This document shows, piece by piece, positions 8,467 through 18,154 of a stretch of 32,000 bases of DNA. This DNA is from Haloferax volcanii DS2. GTDB lineage: Archaea; Halobacteriota; Halobacteria; Halobacteriales; Haloferacaceae. Position 1 is the first letter of the stretch. Each line of letters starts with the position of its first letter. A program made the position numbers and the translations under genes. The notes under the pieces are model-generated. The model did not search any database, had not been told where the DNA came from, and worked only from the letters and a program-made list of their open reading frames with translations. The DNA lies in NCBI RefSeq assembly GCF_000025685.1, contig NC_013966.1, positions 420,001 to 452,000 on the forward strand. Direction: 5' to 3'.

Positions 8467-9534
8467 TCAGTTAGTACTTTCTGTGTGACCTCGTCCTTCA
8501 TCAACACGGATGCATCGGACAAGAGTTTCGCCATGAGCCTCGAACTCGGGGAAACCCTCTTTACAATCTTCGGTAGCAATTGGGCATCGTGGATGGAACC
8601 GACAACCGTTTGGAGGCTCGCTCGGGTCAGGAACGTCACCTGAAAGTACAATGTCTTCTGTCGCGTCGTAATCGGGGTCCGGAACAGGAACTGCAGACAA
8701 GAGTGCTTTGGTGTAGGGGTGTCTTGGAGTCTCGAATAAGTCGTTAACTGGCGCTCGTTCAACAACGTTGCCGAGATACATGACCGAGATTCGGTCTGCA
8801 ATATGGCGAACAACGGAGAGGTCGTGAGTTACGAAGATATACGTTAGATTGTGTTCTTCCTTCAATCGGTCCAGCATGTTGAGAATCTGTGACTGGACAC
8901 TCACGTCAAGTGCGCTTGTGGGTTCGTCTAAGACAACCAGAGATGGATTAGTTGCGAGTGCACGTGCGATTGCAACCCGTTGTTTTTGCCCTCCAGATAA
9001 CTCATGTGGGAACCGCGTGAGGTGTTCCGTATTGAGACCAACCTCATGTATCAACTCGAGCACTCGAGCCGTAATCTGTCGGCTCGTTGCATTCGAATGA
9101 ATCTGTAGGGGTTCACTGACAATCCGCTCGACAGTCATTCGAGAGTTCAACGAACTGTCTGGGTTTTGGAAGACGATTTGAATCTCTTTCCGGAGGTCTT
9201 GCACTTCAGACTGAGATAATTCCGTCAGTGGTGTCCCACGGAAGAGCACTTCACCGTCTGTTGGTGATTTAAGCCCAATTATGGTCTCCAACAGGGTACT
9301 CTTTCCACACCCTGATTCGCCAACGAGGCCGTGAGTCTCACCCGGATAGATATCGACTGAAACGTCGTCGACTGCTTTGACGTCACCGACGTGACGCTGG
9401 AACATCCCTTTCGTTATCGGGTAGTATTTTTTGAGGTTCTGTATCGACAAGAGAGGCTCTGAGTGTGTATCCTCTTGACGCTGTGCTTCTTGTGTTGATG
9501 AGCTCATCTCATTCACCTCCACTGTTGCCTTCAC
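8467..9534 (-). CDS. Oligo/dipeptide ABC transporter ATP-binding protein (OppF/DppF-type)
   Basis: Walker A 'GESGCGKST', signature 'LSGGQKQR', Walker B 'LVVLDEPTSALD', and a C-terminal oligopeptide-type extension with 'GCRFHPRCP'. The alternative start at 9507 (MSSSTQE) would remove the 26-nt overlap with the upstream gene. Confidence 0.9.
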   Translation of the reverse strand: MKATVEVNEMSSSTQEAQRQEDTHSEPLLSIQNLKKYYPITKGMFQRHVGDVKAVDDVSVDIYPGETHGLVGESGCGKSTLLETIIGLKSPTDGEVLFRGTPLTELSQSEVQDLRKEIQIVFQNPDSSLNSRMTVERIVSEPLQIHSNATSRQITARVLELIHEVGLNTEHLTRFPHELSGGQKQRVAIARALATNPSLVVLDEPTSALDVSVQSQILNMLDRLKEEHNLTYIFVTHDLSVVRHIADRISVMYLGNVVERAPVNDLFETPRHPYTKALLSAVPVPDPDYDATEDIVLSGDVPDPSEPPNGCRFHPRCPIATEDCKEGFPEFEAHGETLVRCIRVDEGRGHTESTN

Positions 9535-10522
9535 TCGACGAATGGTCTGTGTCTGTTACCTCGTGGACGAGACAGGATGACTCGTGTTGATCGGCTCCCC
9601 GAATCTTCGGTGGGTTCTCACTGCGGCACCGTTCTTCTGCGTCAGGGCAGCGTGGGTGGAACCGGCAACCTGACGGAGGGTTCACGAGATTTGGGACCGA
9701 CCCTTCGATAACACCGAGTGAGTCCTTCGGATTCGCGACGTTAGGTATAGTCTTGAGCAATTCACGCGTGTATGGGTGCGTTGGCCTGTGGAAGATATCT
9801 CGGACGGTCCCAAACTCCACAATTTCACCAGCATACATGACTCCGACTCGGTCACAAAATTGAGCTACAACGCCCAAGTCGTGTGTGATCCACAGCACTG
9901 AGAGATTATGTTCTTCAACAAGTTTACTGAAAATGGACAGAACCTTCTTTTCGATAGTCACGTCCAGTGCAGTCGTGGGCTCGTCTGCGATGATAAGTTC
10001 GGGGTCACAAGCTAGTTCCATTGCGATCATCACCCGCTGTTTCATCCCTCCTGAGAGTTCGTGTGGGTAGCTTTTTAGCACCCCCTCTGGCCGAGGCATT
10101 TCAACTTCCTCAAGTGTTTCATGGGCAATGTCCTCAGCCTCCGGTTTGCTCACACCACGGTTAGTCGTGATGACCTCTATCATCTGATTTCGGATTGTGT
10201 AAACTGGATTAAGTGAAGTCGACGGGTCTTGGAAAACCATCGCGATGTCGCTGCCCCGAATTGCTCGGATTTCAGAAGGGGACTTTTCCAATACATTTTC
10301 ACCTCTGAACCGAATCGAACCATCGACAATCTCTCCGGGGGGACTCGGAATCAATTGCATGACGCTTTTCGCAGTCACTGATTTTCCGCTCCCAGTTTCC
10401 CCAACAAGCCCGACAGTCTCTCCACGTTCGACAGAGAGGTTGACGCCATTCAGTGCTCGAACGACTCCCGCTTCTGTGTGGAAGTGCGTCTGCAGTCCAT
10501 CAATTTCTAGTATCTTTGTCAT
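9509..10522 (-). CDS. Oligo/dipeptide ABC transporter ATP-binding protein (OppD/DppD-type)
   Basis: Walker A 'GETGSGKS', signature 'LSGGMKQR', Walker B 'LIIADEPTTALD', and C-terminal 'GCRFHPRCP'. Confidence 0.9.
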   Translation of the reverse strand: MTKILEIDGLQTHFHTEAGVVRALNGVNLSVERGETVGLVGETGSGKSVTAKSVMQLIPSPPGEIVDGSIRFRGENVLEKSPSEIRAIRGSDIAMVFQDPSTSLNPVYTIRNQMIEVITTNRGVSKPEAEDIAHETLEEVEMPRPEGVLKSYPHELSGGMKQRVMIAMELACDPELIIADEPTTALDVTIEKKVLSIFSKLVEEHNLSVLWITHDLGVVAQFCDRVGVMYAGEIVEFGTVRDIFHRPTHPYTRELLKTIPNVANPKDSLGVIEGSVPNLVNPPSGCRFHPRCPDAEERCRSENPPKIRGADQHESSCLVHEVTDTDHSSSEGNSGGE

Positions 10523-10525
10523 CGG

Positions 10526-11455
10526 TTATCTGTTGAGTTTTGGATCAAGTGCGTCTCTGAGGCCTTCTCCAAGGAGATTGAACCCGAAGATGAACACAAC
10601 GATTGCGATCGCCGGGAAAGTCGATATCCACCATGCAGTTCTCATATAATCACGTCCCGATGCGAGCATTACACCCCACGATGGAGTTGGTGGCTGCGCA
10701 CCGAGGCCGAGGAACGAGAGTGCTGCCTCAGCTGCAATCGCTTGGCCCATCATCAAGGTTGCAACGACAAATGCCGGCATAATCGCGTTTGGGAGCAAGT
10801 GTCGAATGATGATGCGACTGTCTGAAGAGCCTATAGCACGGGCTGCTTTGGTGAAGTCCTGCTCGCGTAAAGACAGGACTTCACCACGAACAAGACGAGC
10901 ATACTGTCCCCAGAAGACAAGACCAACTGCAACCATAATGTTCGTCAGGCTTGGTTCAAGCATCGCAGCTAACGCCAAACCGACTAGGATTGCTGGGAAC
11001 GACCACGTGATGTCTACTGCAGTCTGGATAGCAGTATCAATCCACCCGCCATAGTAGCCTGCGAGCGCACCAAGTGCAACACCTATCCCAAGTGCGACGC
11101 CAACGGCTGTGATTGCGATTTGCAACGAGATCCGCGATCCGTATATAATCCGTGAGAGGATGTCTCGTCCAAAGGCATCTGTCCCTAGAAGGTGTTCACT
11201 TGATGGGGGAGCCAGTGTGTTCGTGAGGTCCTGTTCGGACGGTTCATACGGCGCAACGAATGGTGCAAAGATAGCTGTTGCGAGGATGAGACTAGTGACG
11301 AACGCACCGCATACGGCTGGCTTATGACGTTTGAGCCGGTGTAAGACGGTCTTGATGCGGTCCCACTGAGCAGTACGTGACTCAAAAGAGTCTAATTCGT
11401 CTGCCCAGTGCTCTTCGAGCTCGTTCCAGTCGATATTGAGTTCACTTTCGGACAT
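10526..11455 (-). CDS. ABC transporter permease (DppC/OppC-type)
   Basis: ORF 10526..11518. The Met at 11455 lies 1 nt after the stop of the upstream permease. It has multiple TM segments and the binding-protein-dependent permease motif region 'EQDFTKAARAIGSSDSRIIIRHLLPN'. Confidence 0.85.
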   Translation of the reverse strand: MSESELNIDWNELEEHWADELDSFESRTAQWDRIKTVLHRLKRHKPAVCGAFVTSLILATAIFAPFVAPYEPSEQDLTNTLAPPSSEHLLGTDAFGRDILSRIIYGSRISLQIAITAVGVALGIGVALGALAGYYGGWIDTAIQTAVDITWSFPAILVGLALAAMLEPSLTNIMVAVGLVFWGQYARLVRGEVLSLREQDFTKAARAIGSSDSRIIIRHLLPNAIMPAFVVATLMMGQAIAAEAALSFLGLGAQPPTPSWGVMLASGRDYMRTAWWISTFPAIAIVVFIFGFNLLGEGLRDALDPKLNR

Positions 11456-11456
11456 A

Positions 11457-12383
11457 TTAGTCGTACCTGATTCGTGGGTCAACAACGCTGTAGAGTACGT
11501 CTGCAAGCAGATTCCCAAACATTATCGCCGCTGCGAGAATGAGAAGGATACCCTGAACAACTGGGTAATCTCGGCCGAAGATACTGTTGACCATCAGCCG
11601 CCCTACACCAGGGCGTGAGAAGACAATCTCAAGGACAACCCCACTCGCAATGACCCAGCCGAGCCGGAGTCCTAGTAATGTCACGACGGGTAAGATAGCG
11701 TTTCGAAGCGCATGCTTGAGGACAACACTGCGGTTCGAGAGGCCATTCGCCCGTGCCATCTGGACGTAGGTCTCCTGCATTGTTTCTACCATTGACGAAC
11801 GCATAACGCGAGCTTCGACAGCACTCCCTCGAAGAGCAAGCGCGATTGCGGGCATCAACAATAGTCCGAGTGTACCGTAACCCGCTGTGGCAACCCACTC
11901 CAACTGAACTCCAAAGACGATGAGGAAGAGGATTCCAACCCAGAACGCCGGAAATGACACGCCCAGAAGGACAAAGCCCATTGATACGTAGTCGACCCAC
12001 GTATTCTGTCTTAGCGCTGAAATCACGCCTACGGGGATCGCAATGACGTACATCAGAACGAGTCCGAGCGTAGTAAACCGGAGCGTGATCGGGAGACGAA
12101 CCATAATCATCTCTAATACCGGCTTTCCGGTTTTGATCGACGTCCCGAAGTCACCTTGGACGAGATTTGTTAACCACGAAAGGTACTGGACGTACAGAGG
12201 TCTGTCGAGTCCGTATTTCTGGGTCAACTGTGAAATTTCTTCGGGACCGGCTCGCGGCGGTGCGAGCAGGTCGACAGGTGAACCAGGGGGTAGTTGGATG
12301 AGCAGGAAAACAACGATAGACACCAGCGTAAGCTTCGGGATCATCGCCAAGAGCCCGCGAGCAACGTATTGATACAGCTTCAT
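11457..12383 (-). CDS. ABC transporter permease (DppB/OppB-type)
   Basis: 308 aa. The N-terminal 'MKLYQYVARGLLAMIP' and 'ETYVQMARANGLSNRSVVLKHALRNA' (EAA-type loop) are typical of DppB/OppB. Confidence 0.85.
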   Translation of the reverse strand: MKLYQYVARGLLAMIPKLTLVSIVVFLLIQLPPGSPVDLLAPPRAGPEEISQLTQKYGLDRPLYVQYLSWLTNLVQGDFGTSIKTGKPVLEMIMVRLPITLRFTTLGLVLMYVIAIPVGVISALRQNTWVDYVSMGFVLLGVSFPAFWVGILFLIVFGVQLEWVATAGYGTLGLLLMPAIALALRGSAVEARVMRSSMVETMQETYVQMARANGLSNRSVVLKHALRNAILPVVTLLGLRLGWVIASGVVLEIVFSRPGVGRLMVNSIFGRDYPVVQGILLILAAAIMFGNLLADVLYSVVDPRIRYD

Positions 12384-12410
12384 AAATCGGTGAGTAGTGG
12401 TCTGTCTGCG

Positions 12411-14114
12411 TTACTTTGAGATGGTCTCTGCTGTCGTGCCAAGTGTGTAGAACTCGTATCCTTCCACTTCAGACCGCACTGCGGATATCCCTTCAGGATA
12501 ATGCACTGGTGCGGCGGGAACCAGATTTTCCATCAGGTACTCGTGTGCTTTCTTGAACTTCTGGATACGATCTTCCCACGACCCAGCACTCATCCCGGCT
12601 TCTATGAGTTCGTTGGCACGCATGTCTTCTTCACGCCCCTCTTGTACACCGAACCATGCTGGATATGGTGTCATGTCGAATGCAAAGAACCAGTCGAGGA
12701 TGTCCGCATTTTGCCACGTGTATCCCTCAACGATAGTCTCGAAATCACCATCCTTGATACGGGATTGAACTGTGGCTTCGTCGACAACTTTTGGTTTCAG
12801 TTCGACACCAATTTTTGAAGCCTGCTCTTGGTATATCGTTGCTAGGTTGCGCGCGGTACTAGCGTTGGTCGTCAACAATTCGAACGACGCCTCCTCGCCA
12901 TCTTTCGTGCTCACACCACCGGGGTTGACTGTCCACCCTGCATCCTCCATGAGACTCTTTGATTTGTCTAGGTCGAACGAGTGGTTATACTCGTCACTGA
13001 TGTCTTGTGAGGGAACTGTTGGTGGAAGGAGATTGACACCCGGCTGCCCGAGTCCCTGAAAGAGTCCATCAACGATGGATTTTCGATCGATGGCGTAGCT
13101 AATTGCTTTTCGGAGGTTGAGATCCTCCGCAATGACACCTGCCTTCTCGGGGTTGAGATTGAACCCAAGCCATCGGATTTGGCGCCCATCAGCGCGGTAG
13201 ACTGTAATTTCATCGTTGTTCTCGTACGATTGGACTTTCGTCGGTGGGAGCCCAGTGAGAATCGCGTCTGCTTCGCCAGTCTCAATTGCCGCCGTCCGGG
13301 ATGCGGTCCCCGTGATGACGTCGTAGGTGATCTCCTTCGCGTTTCCTGCCCCTTCATGACCGATCCAGTCTGGTGACCAGTCATATTCCTCAAAGCGTTC
13401 GAGAACGAGGTGGCGGTCACCGTCCCGGGTCTTCCACTTGTACGGCCCGGACCCGACTGCGATTGATCGACCGTAATCGTCGCCGTGTTTTTCGTAAGCA
13501 CCTTTGCTCGGCACTGCTGCGTATCCAGAACTCAGATTCCACAGCAGGTTTGGTGCAGGGTTCGCGAGTTTCACACGAGCCGTATACGTGTCTTCGATGA
13601 CGACGTCATCAACAACTCCATCAACCATGTAGGACGTCCCACTTCCATTCATTAGGTAGTCCATCATGAACCACTTCACGTGTGATGCATCGAACGAAGA
13701 CCCATCATGGAACGTAATCCCTTCTCGAAGCGTCATCACAAGGTCTGAATTGTCGTTTTCAAAAGACCAACTCTTCAGCATTCCTGGCTGAAGTTTCATA
13801 TCGTAGTCACGGTCAACGAGGTTCTGGTAGATATCCCGTGCCGGTGGTCCCATCCATCCGGTGTTGTGGTCGAACTGGTCGAACGGGTGGTCCAGAAGGA
13901 TACGGAGGCTAAGTGAATCCGTCGCATCTGAACCGCCACTGGAACCGGTTTCAGTATCTTGCTCGGACTGTTCGGTGGTTGACCCTCCAACGTCAGTCTT
14001 CGCGTCACCTCCAGTACACCCCGAGAGAAGCGTAGCAGGTCCAACAGTTGCGCCTGCGGCAATCGTCTTTAATAATTTTCGTCTGTCAGTATCTGGCATA
14101 GATTTGTTTGACAT
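12411..14114 (-). CDS. ABC transporter substrate-binding lipoprotein, family 5 (peptide/nickel type)
   Basis: ORF 12411..14162. The Met at 14114 gives 'MSNKSMPDTDRRKLLKTIAAGATVGPATLLSGCTGG', a twin-arginine signal plus a lipobox Cys. An acidic Ser/Thr linker follows, then a family-5 SBP-like body. Confidence 0.85.
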   Translation of the reverse strand: MSNKSMPDTDRRKLLKTIAAGATVGPATLLSGCTGGDAKTDVGGSTTEQSEQDTETGSSGGSDATDSLSLRILLDHPFDQFDHNTGWMGPPARDIYQNLVDRDYDMKLQPGMLKSWSFENDNSDLVMTLREGITFHDGSSFDASHVKWFMMDYLMNGSGTSYMVDGVVDDVVIEDTYTARVKLANPAPNLLWNLSSGYAAVPSKGAYEKHGDDYGRSIAVGSGPYKWKTRDGDRHLVLERFEEYDWSPDWIGHEGAGNAKEITYDVITGTASRTAAIETGEADAILTGLPPTKVQSYENNDEITVYRADGRQIRWLGFNLNPEKAGVIAEDLNLRKAISYAIDRKSIVDGLFQGLGQPGVNLLPPTVPSQDISDEYNHSFDLDKSKSLMEDAGWTVNPGGVSTKDGEEASFELLTTNASTARNLATIYQEQASKIGVELKPKVVDEATVQSRIKDGDFETIVEGYTWQNADILDWFFAFDMTPYPAWFGVQEGREEDMRANELIEAGMSAGSWEDRIQKFKKAHEYLMENLVPAAPVHYPEGISAVRSEVEGYEFYTLGTTAETISK

Positions 14115-14233
14115 TGTCTGACTCTGTTTCTCAATCAAACTGGATTGACTAATAGGGGGCACCTTGCTTACTAGGGTGTGGTTTGTGTCAAAAGAAATCG
14201 TGAGTCGGACACACCTCTCAGAAGTGCCCGAAT

Positions 14234-15847
14234 CTACGCTCTAAGTGTCTTACCAGGTTTATTCCCGGTTTCTTGCCCATCTTTCAATATAAATTCGCCG
14301 TTGACGATAACGTGGTCAATACCTGTCGGCAATTGCTTTGCATTGTTGTAACTAGACTCAGTTGATGTCCATTCGGGCCGGAATGAGACAAGATCTGCGT
14401 CAAGCCCTTCGCGGATGATACCTTTCGACTGGAGCCCATAGATCCGTGCGGGAAGGGAGGTCATCTTACGGACTGCCTCTTCTAAGCTGACGAGGTTCTT
14501 TTCGCGGACAAACTCGTCAATGATCTTTGGATACGTCCCGTAAAGTCTCGGATGGGGATTCTCGCTTACGAGCCCGTCAGAACCAACACAAACCAGCGGT
14601 GACTGGAAGATTGTCTCGACATCGTCTTCGCGGCCGAGGAAGATAATAATCCGTACGTTTAGTTCTTCTTCGACAAGCAAGTCAAGACAGGCGTCAAGTG
14701 GGGTTGCATCCCGCTTCTCAGCAATTTCTGAGATTGTCATGCCTTCAATATCGGAGCGACCAGATCCGACGTCACAAATCAAGATATTCTCCCAGCCGAC
14801 TGTTCCGGCGTCGTTCTCCCAGAAGGGAATACGGAAGTCTCGAATATCCGCAGCCATCCGCTCTCTAGAAGCTGGTTCGCGTAAGAGTCTAAGCGTTTCC
14901 TCCGCACCGTCCCCATGGGCCCACGGTGGAAGCACAGCCGACAGTGACGTACTACCTGCGACATACGGATACTGGTCGGCTGTGATATCAACTCCCATCT
15001 CACGGGCAATTTCGAGGAACGAAAGTGCAAGGTTGGCTTTGCCGTGTTGCTTTCGTCCAGAGAGTTTAAAGTGAGATAGGTGGAGAGGAACGTCCGTCTC
15101 ATAGCCCACAGAGATGAATTCGTACATTGCCTCGAACAACCAATGCCCTTCGCTTCTGATGTGCGCGACGAATGGGCGGTTCGTCGGTGAGAGGACATCA
15201 CAGAGTGCTAGTAGTTCCTCAGTATCCGAATGGATTTGAGGGTGATAAATGAGTCCCGTAGAAAGACCGAGACAGCCATCATCAAGCGATTCCTGCAGAA
15301 GCTCTTTCATTTGGTCTAACTCTTCAGTAGTTGCAGTTCGCCCAGCCATCCCCATAACCTCAAACCGAATTGTTCCGTGTCCTGCAAGTATTCCGAGATT
15401 CAGTGCTGGCCGAGCGTCGTCGACTGCATCAAGGTATGTGCTCATCGATTCAAACACTCCTGCTGATTCTGCAGACCCGCTTAGAGTCTGCATTCGAGCA
15501 GACCATTCATCTACGTGTCCCGGTGAAACCGGTGCCGGGCCGAGGCCATCTTGACCAAGTATCTCGGTCGTTATTCCTTGATGTAACTTTGGCGTGAGGA
15601 ATGGGTCTTCGAATACCTCGAAATCAGAGTGGGAATGTGCTTCGATAAACCCTGGAGCGAGGACAGCCCCACCAACGTCAACCACCTCGTCCGCGTCTGG
15701 TGCTTCATTTCGTGAAACTTCCTCAATCTTGCCGTTTTTGACACTGACGCGCCCTCGAAACGACGGGGCTCCGGTCCCGTCGATTATCCGTGCATCAGTG
15801 AAAACAATATCACTCACAGTTCTGGAGTCTTCGGCAAACGGGTTCAT
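14234..15847 (-). CDS. N-acyl-D-amino-acid deacylase (D-aminoacylase) family amidohydrolase
   Basis: The internal Met at 15847 gives 537 aa. 'DIVFTDARIIDGTGAPSFRGRVSVKNGKIEEV' and 'GFIEAHSHSDF' (the HxH metal motif) are typical of D-aminoacylases. The longer 627-aa ORF would overlap the upstream epimerase gene. Confidence 0.8.
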   Translation of the reverse strand: MNPFAEDSRTVSDIVFTDARIIDGTGAPSFRGRVSVKNGKIEEVSRNEAPDADEVVDVGGAVLAPGFIEAHSHSDFEVFEDPFLTPKLHQGITTEILGQDGLGPAPVSPGHVDEWSARMQTLSGSAESAGVFESMSTYLDAVDDARPALNLGILAGHGTIRFEVMGMAGRTATTEELDQMKELLQESLDDGCLGLSTGLIYHPQIHSDTEELLALCDVLSPTNRPFVAHIRSEGHWLFEAMYEFISVGYETDVPLHLSHFKLSGRKQHGKANLALSFLEIAREMGVDITADQYPYVAGSTSLSAVLPPWAHGDGAEETLRLLREPASRERMAADIRDFRIPFWENDAGTVGWENILICDVGSGRSDIEGMTISEIAEKRDATPLDACLDLLVEEELNVRIIIFLGREDDVETIFQSPLVCVGSDGLVSENPHPRLYGTYPKIIDEFVREKNLVSLEEAVRKMTSLPARIYGLQSKGIIREGLDADLVSFRPEWTSTESSYNNAKQLPTGIDHVIVNGEFILKDGQETGNKPGKTLRA

Positions 15848-15956
15848 ATAACACACCCCTTGCTTGATAGGTATTAACCAGCGGTGAGAAACCCCGTGCC
15901 AATAGGAGGCTGTATCAAATTGACCTCCTAGCCCACAGAGGTCTAAGTGAAAGAAG

Positions 15957-17012
15957 CTACCAGTTGGGAGTGATTCCGTGACCTGGACCACTCGGTGTAA
16001 TCGTCGGGCCGGATTCCCTATCAATGACGTCGTCGTCAAGCAGTCGCGTCGCGTCAAGATCGACATGGGAGAACCCACCGATACCTGATACAAGATGTGC
16101 ACTGGTGTGAATGCCAATTGAGCTCTCCAACATACAGCCCACCATCAGATCACGCCCTGCTGCCCGGGTAATCGCTGCAATATCTGCTGCTCCGAGGAGT
16201 CCAGACTTCCCGAGTTTTATATTGATGACGTCTGCTGCATCGTTACGAATTACACGCACAGCGTCTTCTGGAGTGAAAACTGCCTCGTCGGCACCGACAG
16301 GTGCTCTTGTCCTGTTTCGGACGCTTGCCAGTCCAGCTATATCAGATTTCACAACCGGTTGCTCAAGGAGTGAAAGAGAGATCCCTGCATCATGCATTGC
16401 TTGGTCAAACATGATTGCCTCTGAAACGGACCATCCTTGGTTCGCATCAACGGTAATCGTCGCGTTTGGTGCTGCTTCACTCACAGACCGAACGCGTTGA
16501 ATGTCTGTCTCGAGATCTTCACCAACCTTAATCTTGAGTGTCTCAAAGCCGTTTTGGACTGCTGACTCGGCTCTTTTGGCAGCGACATCTGGCGTATGGA
16601 TAGGGATAGTCATGTCCGTCTCAACGACATCTGGACTCCCACCGAACAATTCAGCCATTGGGATATCGATTTCTCGGCAGTAGGCATCGATAATCGCTGT
16701 TTCAAGAGCAAAGAGAGACGAAACTGCACTTGGGAACGTAGCGTGTAGATCCTCGATAATCGCCCTATAGTTGGCAACGTCACGACCAACGAGCAGTTCG
16801 GACGCCTTACTGATTGTATCAAGTGTCGCACCTTGCGTCTCACCAGTAACGTAGTGATCTGGTGAACCTTCGCCAAGGCCGACAACATCTGTTTCGGTCT
16901 CTACAAAGACAATAACATTCGGAGCATTGTACTGCGTTCCCAGTGCGATCTCGAATGGTTCTTTCAGTGGTAAGTCGAGGGATTCAACCCTCACACTACT
17001 AATTTTACTCAT
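15957..17012 (-). CDS. Dipeptide epimerase / N-acyl amino acid racemase-like enolase-superfamily enzyme
   Basis: 351 aa. It has an enolase-superfamily (MR/MLE) layout: a capping domain, then 'LKIKVG', 'TVDANQGW', 'LEQP' and 'DE..' acid/base and metal-ligand regions. It resembles L-Ala-D/L-Glu epimerases. There is a 4-nt overlap with the upstream DUF1611 gene. Confidence 0.8.
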   Translation of the reverse strand: MSKISSVRVESLDLPLKEPFEIALGTQYNAPNVIVFVETETDVVGLGEGSPDHYVTGETQGATLDTISKASELLVGRDVANYRAIIEDLHATFPSAVSSLFALETAIIDAYCREIDIPMAELFGGSPDVVETDMTIPIHTPDVAAKRAESAVQNGFETLKIKVGEDLETDIQRVRSVSEAAPNATITVDANQGWSVSEAIMFDQAMHDAGISLSLLEQPVVKSDIAGLASVRNRTRAPVGADEAVFTPEDAVRVIRNDAADVINIKLGKSGLLGAADIAAITRAAGRDLMVGCMLESSIGIHTSAHLVSGIGGFSHVDLDATRLLDDDVIDRESGPTITPSGPGHGITPNW

Positions 17013-18049
17013 AGCGCCCCCTGAACGCCATGCAGAATAGCCTCTGGACCACCATCTTTAAGCACATTTCCGGTTGGGATTCCCACCGTATCTTCCACTT
17101 TAGCAGCGTCACCCCATGTTGAAATTGCAGCAACTTCTGCTTCCGATAAGTGCTCGATTATCTCAATCTCTTCCTGTAAACCACCGATTTCGAAGCGATC
17201 GAAATCATCGCGCTTGACTCTATCTGGATCGTCTGCAACAATTACAACATCGGGATTTGATCCGTGTAGTAGGCCAAGAGTCACTCCAGAGTATGCTCTG
17301 TGCGAAAGGGCTGCTTGTCCTTCCACAAATACAATATCATGTGTCTCAGCCACCTTGCTAACAAGATCTTCAACAATCCCAGCAACGAAGTCTGCAGGCA
17401 CCCTATCGATAACGACACCTGCATCAGCACCAATCATCATACCTGTCTGTCCTGTTGCGACCCATCCTGCATCGAGTCCTCCCTCGCAAGCAGCACGATA
17501 GACTTCGAACGTTGTAGTTCGTTTGCCGACAGCGCAATCAGTCCCCATAGTCAATACGATATCTGCGTCACAGTCGTCAACTCGACCATCTGCGACTCGA
17601 AGTTTCTTTTCAGGAGGTTTTCGAACGTCTATCAGCGACACGCCAGCGCTCGCTGCTCGTTCACGCCACTCTGGGTCGTCACTGAGGAAGTCGTGTAATC
17701 CGGAGATGACGTCACAGCCAGCCTCTATTGCTGTGTGTATCTGAGGAACCCAATCAATTGGGAGGCCACCCCCAACAGGGGCAACACCCAGAACCAATGC
17801 CCCTGCGTTATTCGCTTCGTCCAAGGCCGCTTCGACGGTCGCAACGATAGGGACATCATCAGATAATTCTGAACCGAGGACGTCCTCCACAGCTTGTCCA
17901 GCCGTAGTTGAATCAACGACAGCACTCACATCGAATAACGTACTGTGTGCGATAACGCCATTAGCAGTTTTTCCGCCGGTCTTTCCGAGAGCGCCTTCAG
18001 CAAAAACAATTGCTTCAACAGGATCATCATAATGCTCAGCCAGATGCAT
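17009..18049 (-). CDS. DUF1611 family protein (DgcN-like putative N-acetyltransferase)
   Basis: 346 aa. 'GKTANGVI', 'GTDCAVGKRTTTFEV', 'VATGQTGMMIG', 'PADFVAGIVE' and 'FVEGQAALSHRAYSGVTLGLLHGSNPD' follow the DUF1611 pattern. It is the first gene of the minus-strand cluster. Confidence 0.75.
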   Translation of the reverse strand: MHLAEHYDDPVEAIVFAEGALGKTGGKTANGVIAHSTLFDVSAVVDSTTAGQAVEDVLGSELSDDVPIVATVEAALDEANNAGALVLGVAPVGGGLPIDWVPQIHTAIEAGCDVISGLHDFLSDDPEWRERAASAGVSLIDVRKPPEKKLRVADGRVDDCDADIVLTMGTDCAVGKRTTTFEVYRAACEGGLDAGWVATGQTGMMIGADAGVVIDRVPADFVAGIVEDLVSKVAETHDIVFVEGQAALSHRAYSGVTLGLLHGSNPDVVIVADDPDRVKRDDFDRFEIGGLQEEIEIIEHLSEAEVAAISTWGDAAKVEDTVGIPTGNVLKDGGPEAILHGVQGAL

Positions 18050-18122
18050 ACTGTATCTGGGTAATTTTTATGAGAAAAGTCATCCCCCTTGTATGAAAGG
18101 GTAGACCTGTACAGTCGGGTAA

Positions 18123-18130
18123 GTATATAC
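18123..18130 (+). promoter_or_regulatory. TATA-like box for 18155 ORF
   Basis: 'GTATATAC' is centred about 28 nt upstream of ATG 18155. It lies in the 105-bp divergent intergenic region shared with the DUF1611 operon. Confidence 0.35.
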
Positions 18131-18154
18131 CACTCCGAAGTTACGATTCGAGCG

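Noticed and set aside
15903-15930. TAGGAGG-N14-CCTCCTA inverted repeat between the epimerase and D-aminoacylase genes
   Set aside because: A 7-bp stem with a 14-nt loop is weak and within chance expectation. It could be an intercistronic structure but cannot be supported from sequence alone.
14234-16117. The full 627-aa version of the D-aminoacylase ORF
   Set aside because: The extra 90 N-terminal codons overlap the 3' end of the epimerase gene and look non-protein-like. The Met at 15847 begins the conserved amidohydrolase N-terminus.
18064-18071. An A/T-rich 'ATAAAAAT' (minus strand) as the TATA box of the DUF1611 operon
   Set aside because: It lies only about 15-22 nt from ATG 18049, which is shorter than the 24-30 nt spacing seen at the other candidate promoters, so I did not list it as a feature.
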